Assembly (NCBI GenBank): GCA_010093995.1
Contig: ML992507.1
Location: 1,449,147-1,513,146 of the forward strand
Source: Elsinoe ampelina
Taxonomy: Eukaryota
Length of the DNA stretch: 64,000 nt
Reading direction: 5' to 3'
Positions 25,418-37,825 of this stretch are shown here, one piece after another. Position 1 is the first letter of the stretch, and each line of letters begins with the position of its first letter. A model generated the notes under the pieces. It had not been told where the DNA came from. It did no database searches and saw nothing but the letters and a program-made list of their open reading frames with translations. The translations under genes were made by a program, and so were the position numbers.

Positions 25418-26141
25418 GGTTGTGGTTGCGGAGGTCTCGGGAGAGATTGGACGAAGATGCCGGAGAGACGGGGTCGCGGATCAGACGTATGAGGGAAGCG
25501 TTGGTGACTGCGGTGTCGTGTCAGGAGGCGCGCGGGGTGTTCTGCGCAAGCGATGTGTCGATGGGAAGGGAGTGTATAGAAAGTAGCAGGCCTAGAAACT
25601 TTGGAAGGAGATTACGATGTCTCCGCGCGCGATGTACGGATGTCCAAATATGCGCAGCCGCGAAAGCTGAGGTCCACTCATTATAAGCCGCAATTTACAC
25701 TCTCCATTTCCATGCTGAGTGAGTTGTTCCGGTGCTCTTCTCCCCTCGCATTGACGGACTTGCGCAAGACGGCTGAGGGTACTGATCTAGGACTTCCTGG
25801 CGTCTCGAATGCATAGCCAGCAGTTCGACGGAAGAAACTCCGTCATCCCACTCTTGTCGACAATGATACGTGGACCAATCAGAAGCTCTTACTACTCTCG
25901 ATCATCAGGTCAGGCTCCTAGTCATGGAGGTGCATACAAGGCAGGAGCTTGCGAATTAGGCACTGTATAGTCAGCTCAGCGTTATGGATGCACCAATCGC
26001 ACACAGGTCAAGACCGCACACGCTCAAAAGACCATGTCGAGGTTCTTTCGACGCCATTCCTATTGATCTCAAGTACTGGCCTGCTCGTCTTAACGTTTCA
26101 CGTCTTCGCGAGTAGTTGCGAAATCGGTCTGGACCGACACA

Positions 26142-28054
26142 ATGTCGACTCCAAAATATCGAAGTGACTTTCGAGTGGCGATCATCTGTGCTTTACCAGA
26201 GGAGAAGGAGGCTGTCGTTGCCGTAATGGACAGGCTGTACTCAGAAGAGGACATATATATTCCTGGCCATGTCAACGACACCAACACTTACACCTACGGT
26301 CAGCTTGGTGGCCAGCCTGTAGCACTCTGTAGCCTACGAGATGCAGGCACAAGAACTGCAGCGCAGGCTCTCGCAAAGATGGAAGTGTCCTTCCTGAAGC
26401 TCACCATCATATTTGTTGTTGGGATCGCAGGAGGAGCTCCGTTCAAGAAGGGAGGCACTTCAACTGGCATACGCCTTGGGGACGTCGTCATTAGCAATGC
26501 TATTTATCAGCACGACTTCGCAAAGCAGAATGAGGACGGAGTCGAGATCATCACGGATTACGATCGCCAGCTGCCGCAATTGCGTGGCAAAGCTGCAACT
26601 TGGATCAAGCATCTCTCCCCCAAGGATATCGCCAGAATTGCAAAGAACACAAATATTGATTTTGTGCTCTATGGAGATCTTCTGGCTGGAAAATACACCC
26701 AGCCAGCCCTGGAGACGGACCGAATCTACGATCGTGACCATCGCCACAAGCATCGAGTAGGATGCGAAATTTGCGCCCAGACGACAGAGACGACCGGCAC
26801 TGTCTGCTCTCTTGTCCAAAATGAAGCCTGCTCTGCCATCAATTGCAAGGCCGAAGCAATGCCACCAAGGACACGTTCCGGAACAGAGATCTTCATCGGA
26901 CCGTACGTGTCCGGCAGTCAAGTCATCAAAAGTGCACAGCATCGCGCAAAGCTGGTAGAACTTTTTGGGGCACTCGCTCTGGAAATGGAAGGGGCTGGGT
27001 CTTGTGGAGAATATCCAATACTAATTGTCAAGGGCATCGTCGACTATGCGGATAGCCACAAGAATAAGCATTGGCGATTGTATCCAGCAGCAATGGCCGC
27101 GTTGTGCACGAGAGCGATTATTCAGGACATGCAATTGGGCTCAGGTACGTATGCATGCTTGAGGTTCTACATCGACTGTTGTATGATTCCTTCATGGACG
27201 TGATTGACATGACTGACAAATATTGGTCAGAATTCTCTGTGCAAAAGAGCACAACCAAACTGGTGGAGCAGGGAGACGATTACTTGCGCCGTGGACAGTA
27301 CGATCGTGCTCTCGTCGAATACTCCTCCGCATACCGAGAAGCATACAAAGATAACGACGCCGTGTCGATGACGAAAGCATTGAAGAGTCGCGCCGACTGT
27401 CACCGCATGCTCGGTGAAGAAGTCGGCGGGGCGGAAGGTAATTCGAAGCTGACAGCCATTGGTGAGTTGAAGGCTGCAACAATACTGTATGAGAAATGGA
27501 TGCAGTTCACAGAATCTTCCTTAGATGACGGAGAGTCGCGTGAGACTGCCTTCAACCTTGCCAAATGCTTTGAGCTGTTGGAGCAATGGTCTAGAGCTCT
27601 GGAGCTCTATCAGAGCCTTTATAAGGTCTTGCAGTCCTCCCTCGAAGCACACACCATTACTGGAGGATATGCCGGTGATATCAGACTGGATATCATCCTG
27701 GCAAGACATGGCATGGCACTGGCTCTCTCTGGCCTGGAGCGACCCGACCTTGCAGTGGATTTTGGCGCAGGAAACCTTAAAGACTTGGAGCTGCTGACCC
27801 CTCAAGGACGCTGGGCTACCATGCAACGCTACAAGACTATGCTCCAGCTCGCCAGGGATTACTTCGAGGCTGGAGACGACGTGGCGGCGAAGTCTTACGC
27901 AAGCCAGTGTGTCACCCCCAAGATCCGGCCTGAGAACCTGGCAGAACAGCGTGATCTTGCAAATATCAAGACCTGGGCCACCCACATCTTCAAACAAATT
28001 GAAGAGTCAGAAAACGACACAGCGCTTCTTGCCGAAAGATCACCACAGACATGA
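26142..28054 (+). CDS. PNP_UDP (Pfs/nucleoside phosphorylase) domain fused to TPR-like helical repeats, ~608 aa
   Basis: VAIICALPEE, VVGIAGG, IRLGDVVIS, ALEMEGAG and KGIVDYADSHKNKHW motifs. Intron 27145-27230 (gtacgt..ctgac..cag) joins the two ORFs in frame; C-terminal part has TPR-like A/L/Y helices. Confidence 0.85.
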
Positions 28055-28888
28055 AGACAGGCGGAAAGCCATCGGTGTGATTATGCAGGTCAAAGAGCTG
28101 AGCATTATCTTGAGCATTCGTGGTTCCTTCTTGCGTTCAACAGTATCTGGGCGCGGTTTTCTGCGCACAAGTGGCCTGAAGGTAATACCGCCGGTCGTCC
28201 TTACCAACTGTCCACTCTCTTGCGGCTTGTCACTCTTCTTCTCCTTCTCATGTTGACGACTCTTGGTATTTGCGCTGACCATCAGTGGAGCTCCGCCGTC
28301 CCTGCGCGGCACGTACGCAATGTCTTTTCGTATTGTGTAAATATTCGGGCCGGAGGGGACTTCGCGCATTGTATCCCTATCCTTGTTCTGATTCTTCCTC
28401 TTCTTCCCCCTTTTCAACCTCTTCTTGTGTGGTCGTATCTCCAGCGTTCTGAGCATTTGGAGATCGTCCTCAGGAGGAGACTGGCCCGGCGCGTAGAGAG
28501 GCCTGCCAGGAGGGTTGAGTACAGTCCCCTTGCCATTCCCCTGTCGATTGGGATCGTAGCCAGTGCCTCCCCGGCAGTCGCAGCAGTCTCTGCGCGACCT
28601 TGCGGCATGATTTGCGTTACAATGGTGAGAGCAGGGACCGTAGAAAGCGTCGTCTTGCCGGCGACTGTCGGCACAGCCCAAGGAATCGTGATGACTGGTA
28701 CATCTCCATGCTCGACGTGAACTTGGGCTGGTCGACGTGTCGCCATTTTTCCTGATCGTTATCGCTGATCCGGGCGTGAACCCATCGCCTCGACGGTGGA
28801 GAGCCAAAGGCAGTGCATGCGTGGGTAACGACTCTGGTGTACACCTCATTCGCACGCGAAGAGCCAACTTGATCAGGATGCACACCAT
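28040..28888 (-). CDS. Possible orphan protein (Cys/His-rich middle, basic C-terminus)
   Basis: 282-codon ORF with no recognised domain; overlaps the PNP-TPR stop by 15 nt. Confidence 0.3.
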   Translation of the reverse strand: MVCILIKLALRVRMRCTPESLPTHALPLALHRRGDGFTPGSAITIRKNGDTSTSPSSRRAWRCTSHHDSLGCADSRRQDDAFYGPCSHHCNANHAARSRRDCCDCRGGTGYDPNRQGNGKGTVLNPPGRPLYAPGQSPPEDDLQMLRTLEIRPHKKRLKRGKKRKNQNKDRDTMREVPSGPNIYTIRKDIAYVPRRDGGAPLMVSANTKSRQHEKEKKSDKPQESGQLVRTTGGITFRPLVRRKPRPDTVERKKEPRMLKIMLSSLTCIITPMAFRLSSCLW

Positions 28889-29626
28889 TGATCAGCCGAA
28901 CGGGATAGCGTGCCTCGACATGCATTGGTCTGCATGCTTTGTGGACATCGAGGCAAAGGTCCCTTTGTATCATCCAATCCCGTCCGCCCGCAAACGCCAG
29001 ATCAGCACTATCCGGACTGTGGCGGGCTGGGTGTGCCTTTGGTGGGCTACCACTTCAACTCGCCCGTGTTAATTGCAATCGTGCTCGAGCCCACCTAGAC
29101 ATCGGCCTAAAAGATTTCGCGTCGCATATGGTGCTTGCATTACAGAGAAGCACGCAATTGACTACGACCACGCAGCGTGCTTTTCATAGGGATTGGGGAA
29201 AGAAATTCTGCATTTACCTGGAGATTGATGTAGCAGGTCTACACTTTCACTTGTGCAGCGACATCCTGTATAGTACTCCGTCTGAATGCGGGTCAATAGA
29301 GTGCTGAACATCGAGCTACTGATTCAGTGAACAGGACTTTACTGTTTGTATTTCGAGACAGTGCATCACATCCGATTTGCGTTGGACGAGATATGGGCAC
29401 CCGTAGCGTCACCCACCTCCTCTGGTGACATCTTCGTCGACGAGCACATGGTCATCGCGACCCCTTCGCTCATATTCCCATCCCTCGACAATATGAACAC
29501 TTCAGGGTCTGTTCAGGAACAAGCCTCCCAATGCTCCATCGAAACCCCTGACTCGACGCCGCCAAAGTCAACCACGACATGATCCACCACTTCGGCGGCC
29601 TCACCACCTCCTTCTCGCGGACCACC

Positions 29627-30178
29627 ATGCGCCTCCCCATCCGCCCTCTCTGGTCATCTCCACTCCCCTCCCGCCATCCCCCGCGGCCCCTCCTCCCCCC
29701 CCTCCCCCGCCCCTTCCACCCCTCCCCCCTTCCGCACGCCAAACCCCTCCCCCCACTCCCCCCCCTCCTCGACTCAGAAATCTCCGAAACCTTCATCAAA
29801 GGCACCGGCCCAGGCGGGCAAGTCATCAACAAAACCAGCAGCTGCGTGCAGATCAAACACCTGCCCACGGGTCTGATGGTGAAGAACCAATCGACGCGGT
29901 CGCGGGCGCAGAACAGGGGTATCGCGAGGAGGATACTGAGGGAGAAGATCGAGGAGTATTATTTGGGGGAGGGGAGTAGGGTGAAGAAGAAGGAGGAGAG
30001 GGAGAGGAAGAGGAAGTTGAGTGGCGGGAAGAAGAGGAGGAGGAAGTATAGGGCTTTGGCTGGGGGGAAGGGAGGGGAGGGGGAGGAGGGGGGGGGAGGA
30101 GGTGCAGGAGAGGGAGGAAGGGGATGTGGGATTACAGGGAGCAGAGGCGGAGGGGCCGGTAGGGCAGGGGGAGAATGA
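29627..30178 (+). CDS. Mitochondrial peptide chain release factor-like protein (RF-1 GGQ domain, C12orf65/MTRFR-like)
   Basis: Presequence-like N-terminus, ETFIKGTGPGGQVINKTSSCVQIKHLPTG..TRSRAQNR, basic tail. The G-rich C-terminus is uncertain. Confidence 0.88.
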   Translation: MRLPIRPLWSSPLPSRHPPRPLLPPLPRPFHPSPLPHAKPLPPLPPLLDSEISETFIKGTGPGGQVINKTSSCVQIKHLPTGLMVKNQSTRSRAQNRGIARRILREKIEEYYLGEGSRVKKKEERERKRKLSGGKKRRRKYRALAGGKGGEGEEGGGGGAGEGGRGCGITGSRGGGAGRAGGE

Positions 30179-31108
30179 CGGTGCAAGGTCAAGAAGCGAG
30201 GAGAGGAGAATTGCTCAGGAGATGGAGGTTGGGGTGGATGAGAAGTCATCTGACCCGAAGGGTAGTATGAAGAGGAGGGGAGGCGCTGGAATGGCAGGGG
30301 AGGGATGAAAAGCCAGCGTACAAATCCCCCATCGTAAACGGGAGGTACGCAGCTACTCGATAGCGGGCCAGAAGGGACCCCCGGGAGACCAAAAACAGGG
30401 CTGCGGTAGAGCGGAATCTGAAAGCGCCAGACAGCACCATGGACGCTACAGGTGGCAAAAGATGCTCACGAGCCATCGTCTGCAGCCACGCTGGGAACTC
30501 CCATCTCGGGATTCAGAACTCGACGCCCGTCCAAGTACCTGTTCAGGCCCCAACAGAGCACAACAAGCCCTCGAGAAAGTAAAGCTCCATCACCACTCGA
30601 CAAGCTTACAACCATCACACTCTCACACCGCAGCTCAGGCACAGTCTGTAAAAAGAATATACATTCCAGTCACTCAAACCGCTACCAACCAGCAGATTCG
30701 AAATTAGCAATAGCAAGCTACGCCTCTAGATATGCCCGATACATTTGTGTGATCAGACGATAAATGACCAGCGTTCCCAGGCCAAGTGGGAACGAAAGAG
30801 TAAGCGGAAAGAAGAAGGAGAAGGAAGAATATGTATGACCCACCCCGTCCTCATCCACAACACCGTGCAGTGCAGTCCGAGCTGTCATGCATCCTTCCCT
30901 GTCCCCGTCCCTGTCCCTATCGAGTGTCGCCTGTACCCCGTTCCCTAATGTCCGTCGAAAAGAAGATCATGCGTCATCACCGCCTCCCGTCTATCCTTGA
31001 CCCGTCCCGCCCAGTCCGTCCATCACTCCCCTTACACCATCCCCATCTCCTCCCATTCCTGCCCTTCAGGCCTTCATCCTCTCCCGTCTCCTTTGTGATA
31101 ATCTCCCC

Positions 31109-32651
31109 TCACGAATGGAACAAATCCCAAGCCCTCTCCACCAACCGCATAAACTCCTCCTTCTTCTCCCTCCCCCCCATACCCTGCCTCCAATCCTCCT
31201 CCTCCCCTCTGGCATGATGATGATGCCTCTTGAACTCTCCGGGGTAAACAGCCGGACTCCCTCCCTGGTCGCGCTCGTACTCGTCCCTCGTGCGTCTGCG
31301 CCCGCTCACGCTGTGAGTCCTCGCCAGATCTGGGCGGGAATCGTAGGCGTGGCCGCCCTGGGCGTGCGCAGCGTGGGGAGGCGGATGCGAGGCGTGGTGG
31401 GAGTAACTCTGGTGCCGTTCCGACGGGTGGTGCGATGGATGGTGGTGGTTGCCTGGAGACGGAGGGGTGGGGGGCTGTGCGCCGCCGTAGTGCACGACTT
31501 TGGGGAGGAGTTCCTCGCGGCCGCCGGCGAGGGATTGGACGGCTTCTTCTGCGCTGCGGAACTCGCGGGCGCGGGAGCTGGAGGGGGGTTGTTGTTGTTG
31601 TTGGTGGTGGGGAGGGAAGCCGGGAGATTGCATTGGTGGGTGGCCTGGGGAGGGGGCTGGGGGGCCGGCGGGGCGGAAGGAGGCCGAGGGTGGGGCGTCC
31701 ATGCGGTCATTGTGGGCGAAGACGTCGGAGATGGGGGGGAGGCGGTTGGCGGTCTGTTGGGCGGGGAGGTGGTGGACGTGGCTTGATTGTGCTAGGTGAC
31801 TTGGGGGGTGAGGGTGCTGGTTGTGTTGTCGGAGGCCGGTGAAGGACTGGCCGAGAGGTGCGGATTGGATCACACGCTCGTGGGAGAAGGCTGACGCAGC
31901 TGGTGCGTGGATGGAGAGTCCTGGGGGAGGTCCCTTTCTCCGCGATGTAGCTGGTCCATCGTCAAGTCTTTGCGAAGCTTCCGCGTTGGCTGTGAGAGGT
32001 TTCGTCGAGCCTTTTTGTCTCGCCTCGATCAATTGTCGCTGCTGATCTCGGACACTCAGACTCCGTTGCAGCTGTTCTCGTAGTGTGGGATCTTGAGTCT
32101 GGAAACCAGGCGATAAGCATGCAACTCCCAGATCTTTTATGGCGAGCCCTGCGGACTCTTTCGAAGGCAGAGGATTCGCTCCTGCGGTTTGCGGTCCGCG
32201 AAGTGCAGCTGAGCTGTTGGAGAGATCAAGGCGGCGGGGGCGGGGACGAGAGGACATTTGTGGGGAAGCAGGCTCCTTCTTCACGCGAATGAGAGGTGTA
32301 CGCTGTCTGTATAGCAGGTTAGCAGTCTGGAGAGACAAACGTGAAATGGACATACGCATTCGGGGAGGCTTTTCCATCTGAAGCGGTACGCGACGGCGGT
32401 GACCGCGCGGCAGATTCAGGTGAGCCATTGCTGTGTGGTGACGACCTCTGCGCTCTTGGAGCAGATGTGATATTCGGATTCGGGCTCGCATTGATATGAG
32501 GGGCAATTGGCACGCCCTCCCTACTAGAAGTAGACATTGACCGCGGCGGACCAGGATAACGCAGAGGACTGCTCCGATCTTTCGGTGGTGAACCCGACAA
32601 ACCTCCCAGAGTCGTCACAGTGGCTGGTGGAGCTGCCACGATGGTGGACAT
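31109..32651 (-). CDS. Probably conserved, largely disordered fungal protein (P/H/S-rich)
   Basis: Exon 1 32651-32356, intron 32355-32307 (gtatgt..ctaac..cag), exon 2 with GVACLSPGF..LQRSLSVRDQQRQLIE and terminal KKEEFMRLVERAWDLFHS. Confidence 0.8.
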
Positions 32652-34738
32652 TTCTTAATGGAAAGAATATGTTGAGGGTAGAGTTGAGTTGAGGATAGCC
32701 GCAGGCGGAGGCGAAAAGCGTAAGCGTGGGATGGGCGGAGAGTGGTGGGATAGTCAAAACCGAATCGCGTCTTTGGTGGTGAACTGAAAGAGCAGGACGG
32801 AGGAACTCAAATGGAAGACGGTGGTATTGGCGCACTCCCTTGGAACCGGACGTTGGGAGCGAACCGTCTTGTCGAGGAAGAAGCTGAAGACGTTTGTGGA
32901 CCGCGAGACAGGATTGTCTGCAAGTGGAACTCTTCTACTGTCCGTACAGCCTCGTTTCTTCTCAGGTACTCGTACTTCAGCTGGACAGGAATGGATCGAG
33001 GGGCGTGGCGCGGCTGAGAGGATGAGGTGAAGGGGTGCGCCGACGCTATTGAATACGTACGGCAGTAGTGTTGCTTGTATCCTGAATTATCTGACGCAGG
33101 CTCGCCAATCTGACACACGGGCAATTCACAGATCTGCTGGGCCAGGGAATATTACAGGCCGCCATAGGCCGCGACAGGCGACGCTGGAGATGGAGAATGG
33201 TTTCACCTGGGAGAGTTCGCGGCCTGTTCTGGTCTAGCCGCTAGTTTTAGGGCCATTCCGGTGTCGTGGGATCCTCTTTCTCTTGCGGAAGCAGACTGCG
33301 GAAACTCGAACGAGTGGGTTTGGCGGACATGCACCTCTTGCGTAGCGTTCCCTAGCCCGCGTAGCGTCCTGATTGTGGCTTGTTGTTCAGGCTTTGTTCA
33401 CGACGCAGACACATCCAGTAGTTTGTTCCGCTTCGTGCTCGACTTTTCACAAGATCATCGTTCAGCTCTGTCGATCCTGTTGTTTTCGTCTGCTACTCCA
33501 AAGAGACATGCAACTACTGGTGGTAGCTCTGTCGCGGAGAGTCATGTTTTGCATCCTTCCCACCGCAATCGCAATTATTCACGAGCATGGGGCTGTCTGC
33601 AGACTATTGTTTCAGGGCCTTGCCCGCTGCCCTGGACAATCTCGTTCCGGCTGCTGTCAGAGAACGAACGTCTAGCTTTTTCTCCTCTACTCCGTGGTTG
33701 GTGCCGGACCCCTCCTTTTGGTTCTCGGCTGGAGCCTTTTGACAGCTCTGACCATATTCATTCACAAGTGGTACGGATATTCTACCTACCTATTCTTCCA
33801 GTCCCACTCGTGAGGCAGTATTCAATTTCCTCGTAATGCTAAACGAGATGATGAGAGGCAAAAGTCAAGACGCCACAGGTCTTGTGTAATGATCATACTC
33901 TCAAGCGAGCATGGGATGGTCCAGTAGTGTCAGTGAAAATGCTCAATCAATATGTCTCGAAACCACTTGCAGGCCATGCACGAAAATACACCTCACGTGA
34001 CCCTCGACCTCGGCAAACCTTGATCCACCATCCCTACCATGAACCTCCTTCATCAACTCCAACCTACCACAAATCCTCCCCTCCCTCTGCGTGAATATCC
34101 GGCCCTCATCTTCTACGTTCCTTCCACGCTACCCACCACCCCTTCCACGCACCCTATCTGCGTCCCCCTCCCGGTCGAAAAAAATCTGAAACACCCCCGC
34201 CCGTTGACAACTGCTCCCCTAGACCATTCGCCGTTGCAAGGCTTGGTGTCGCACCATCGAAGGATTGCCCCGTACGGACGGAACTCATGACGCATACCTC
34301 TCCCCGTCTCCGCCGCTGCACCTCCTGGCAGGTCGTCTCGGGATGGGTGGGGAGGTCAGGCGTAGGGCCGAGCTTGGGCCTGGGTCTGCATGTTGCGTGC
34401 GCAGGTGATGCGTGGCTGGAGACATGCCTATTCTTGGTGGGACTGAGGGGGCATTGCGTGCGTCTGCAGGGCGGTGTGTTACACTTGTTCTAAAGGGCTT
34501 GCATGGTGAGCCGGGGATTGTGCATACGAGCACGGTCTGGGTTGGCCCTATGAAAGATGCAGTGGACTGTGCAAGTGTGTTGTGGTAGGTTCGTGACTAT
34601 CGTGTGTGGTCACGAAGTTTGTCTTACTTTGAAGTGTTCGAATTCTAATGCTGCGGAGGTGCTTCCTCCGTGTGGATACCATGGTGTAATCTGTAAATCT
34701 TCTTCTTCTTCTTCTCGTCGCCCAGACCGTATCTTATC

Positions 34739-36721
34739 TCACATCTTGATCAAATCATCCCACCTTAGGCCATTGACTTCATATGCTCCTTTCCAGTACT
34801 GCAACCTCTCTGCCGGCAGATGCTCGTCGTCCTCTCTCCTTACTGCAGCCAAGATACAGCACTTGATCCCACTGGTAGTTGCCATACCATTGACCAGGTC
34901 GTAGTGGTATCCTTCGTTCTTATTCATCATTTCTACCGCGTGATCGATCCTGTACACGTCGTCGGGACAATCCACAACCGTCTGGACGTCTAAAATCAGC
35001 AGCTCAAGTGAGGGAAAGATGGACTTGGCTCGAATGATCTCGATAGCACCCAACCAGATGGGCTTTCCAGGCTCAAATTCACCGTCTTCGCCGCTCTCAT
35101 CTCCTCCTTCCATCAGGCGCAGTTCTCTCAGGTTGGGAGGCAGAAAACCAGCCGGGCTGTTGAGTCGGAGAGGATGTGGATAGGTCCAGTGATTGAGGTT
35201 AACATTTCTAAATTGTCCACGCATCCAGTAGTATTCCCAAGCAAGATGCAATCGTCTCAATGCTGTGAAATCAGATAGGTTCTCGTCGTGGTCGTACACC
35301 ATCTGCAGATTGAGATCATTCCTGTCGATCGCCAGGGTCAACTCCAGCAGTGTACCTTTCAGTGGTCTGAGAGCGTTCACCACGTCTTTGAGGTTCGTCG
35401 GCACCCAGCCTCGCAAGTGCAGCCAATGCGTCTCCCAGCCAGCAGTTAATGTGATGACCACGGTTGTCAGATTCTTGCAGGGCGGGAGCATGATTTGCAG
35501 GTCCAGCACTCCATTGAAGTGCTGACATCGGTCGAATTCGATTCCTTGAAGTCCTTCTGGTAAGGTGTAGGGTAACAAACCAGAAATATTGCCTTTGAGA
35601 TCGTCCTCGGACAAGGTTCCAGGTCCATGATACCACTCGTAGGCAAGAATCGGTAGAGTAAGACCATGTAACACCAGATTCCGGAGAGAAGGGTGAGCAT
35701 CCACCATTTGAAGGGCCTCTGACCATGAGTAGCCCCCGGATCCGTCCTCATCGCCGCCAACGCCGCCAACGCCACGAATTGCAAGATATGTCAACGGTCT
35801 GCGCTGATGAAGTTTTGCATCCTCGATGTCTGTCATCTTTCGGACCATGAGCGGCAGTCGGAGCTCGTGACTGATGCGCGCAGAAGGTGGTGCTGGATTG
35901 AACGGTGAAAGCTCAATGTCAAGCATTTCGAGGTTCGGGAGCAGCATCAAGATCAGAGACTGCCAGGCATCGTCATAGCGAGTTCCACTCATGCGTGCGA
36001 TCCACTGCGTGCCGGTGGACCAGCTGATTCTTTCGTCGATCGTCTTACGGATCAAGTCTTCCAGTGCGACGTCCCCTTTCCAGCTTGAAGCTACGGCTGT
36101 GCTCGGCTTCTTCGTCCAGGGCTTTCTCCAAGTCTCAGGCTCTCGGAAAGGGCTTTCATGCACAAGCTCGTCGGTACTTGAACGAATGATGACCAGAGAT
36201 TTGACCAGTGATGCGAGATCTGGAGAGGCCATGAACAGCTCGGCAAAGTAGCGGAGGAATGGCCAAGGAGCAGAGAGGTCGACCTTGCGAGATTTATCGG
36301 TGACGGTCTTCTTGACGGATTCCTTCTCGTTTGACTTCTTCTTCGTCTTCTCCTTGGGCTTAAACAGCGACGACTTGGCGGTGTGATTGCCGGGGCAATG
36401 GCTTACACTTGCGATTGTCATGTCATGCCATTGAACAATCTCGACTGATCTCCAGAGTATCGAGCGACAGGCCACATGGGTTTTCTTGCATGCTTTCACG
36501 AATTGCGCCAAGAAGATCTTGCAATCGATATGCCCTGCAATGGCTGCGATGATTTCGTCAGGCAAGTCCGAGATGATGTTTCGAGGTGACATGGACGGCG
36601 CGATGATGGGCAAGTCTAGAGGAACGACGTCGTGATCCGCATCGATATCAGCCTTCTCGGACCCCATAACATTATGCTGCAAACCTGGACTCTCCTCTGC
36701 AGGCTCCTCGTGTGGTGCCAT
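34739..36721 (-). CDS. F-box protein with LRR-like C-terminal region (660 aa, intronless)
   Basis: ISDLPDEIIAAIAGHI F-box start; repeated LxxLxL segments (LPNLEMLDI, LRNLVL, LRRLHL, LPPNLRELRL). Confidence 0.8.
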   Translation of the reverse strand: MAPHEEPAEESPGLQHNVMGSEKADIDADHDVVPLDLPIIAPSMSPRNIISDLPDEIIAAIAGHIDCKIFLAQFVKACKKTHVACRSILWRSVEIVQWHDMTIASVSHCPGNHTAKSSLFKPKEKTKKKSNEKESVKKTVTDKSRKVDLSAPWPFLRYFAELFMASPDLASLVKSLVIIRSSTDELVHESPFREPETWRKPWTKKPSTAVASSWKGDVALEDLIRKTIDERISWSTGTQWIARMSGTRYDDAWQSLILMLLPNLEMLDIELSPFNPAPPSARISHELRLPLMVRKMTDIEDAKLHQRRPLTYLAIRGVGGVGGDEDGSGGYSWSEALQMVDAHPSLRNLVLHGLTLPILAYEWYHGPGTLSEDDLKGNISGLLPYTLPEGLQGIEFDRCQHFNGVLDLQIMLPPCKNLTTVVITLTAGWETHWLHLRGWVPTNLKDVVNALRPLKGTLLELTLAIDRNDLNLQMVYDHDENLSDFTALRRLHLAWEYYWMRGQFRNVNLNHWTYPHPLRLNSPAGFLPPNLRELRLMEGGDESGEDGEFEPGKPIWLGAIEIIRAKSIFPSLELLILDVQTVVDCPDDVYRIDHAVEMMNKNEGYHYDLVNGMATTSGIKCCILAAVRREDDEHLPAERLQYWKGAYEVNGLRWDDLIKM

Positions 36722-37825
36722 ATCATGTGAGTCAGTGTGACAGGGGTGAGTCGGCTAAGTTTTGGACCTTCGTCTATGACTCGTCTCGGTCTGCCATCGG
36801 CACATTCCAGTATGTTGTTGATTGTGTTGCTGTTCGTCTCGTGAAAAGGTGCGTGACTAAGGAGGCGGGTGGTAGGTTGACGAAGGAGTTGATGTAGAAT
36901 TAGGGAGCAAGCTTGAAGTACCTAGAGAAACTCACATGGGACAAACTGACGGGCCCAGCGTCACATGCAACGATTATCACATGTCCGCAGTGTAGCGCAA
37001 CAAGCCGATTGTGCTGCAGCATATTTGTGTTGGCGACTGACAAGGGATGAGGCTTTCCGTCTGCTCCGCCACCTTTGTCTCTGCGGTGTCCTTCTTGTAT
37101 TTTATAAGAAAGTGCAACTTTCTACTGCCCTCATCCGGAGCTGCAATGTTAGTGGTCCAAAATGGATACAGTACGTCCATGGTGCTACTTCAGAAGTCAT
37201 CGCCAATGAAACAGATTGGTTCATCGAGATGCTTGAAGCGATAAGTAGTCCCGACTAGGCCGTGCATTGCCCCATGTCGTCGAAGGCTGGTTCATCTCTG
37301 CTTTGGCTTCAGTCACAGGTGCCACCAATGATACCCTTGCGTTTCAATTTCTGTTGGCTGCGTATATCAACACGATACATAGCGTGGACGAACATGATGA
37401 TGCATAGCCTGAGCTATCTTGTTTTGACGTCGAATTCCGAAGCATCAAGATCGGCCAAGGACCGACTGATGGTCCTTGTTCCTGCATCGGAGCAAGCAGC
37501 GCAAACGACAAGCATGCAGTATACATAGGTATGTTGACGGAGGGGAGGCGATCTGAACAAAATGTAGTTGAGTAAAGAGAGAAGTCAGCCGCCGAACGAC
37601 AGGCGTCAAACGCAAGAGGGGTTGGAGCAAAAGTGTACATGGTTCATCGATATGATTCGTAGTCAAGCATAACAGGTCAGCATGTATTGCTGTAACACGA
37701 ACGTAATTGACGAGTACTCTATGCTATACTAGCGACAAGACTAGTGAAGTGAAGCAGCGATCCGCGCTAGTCGTCACCCTGTGCCAGGACCTCAAGCGGC
37801 CTGGTCGCAACCCTCTCGACAACAT

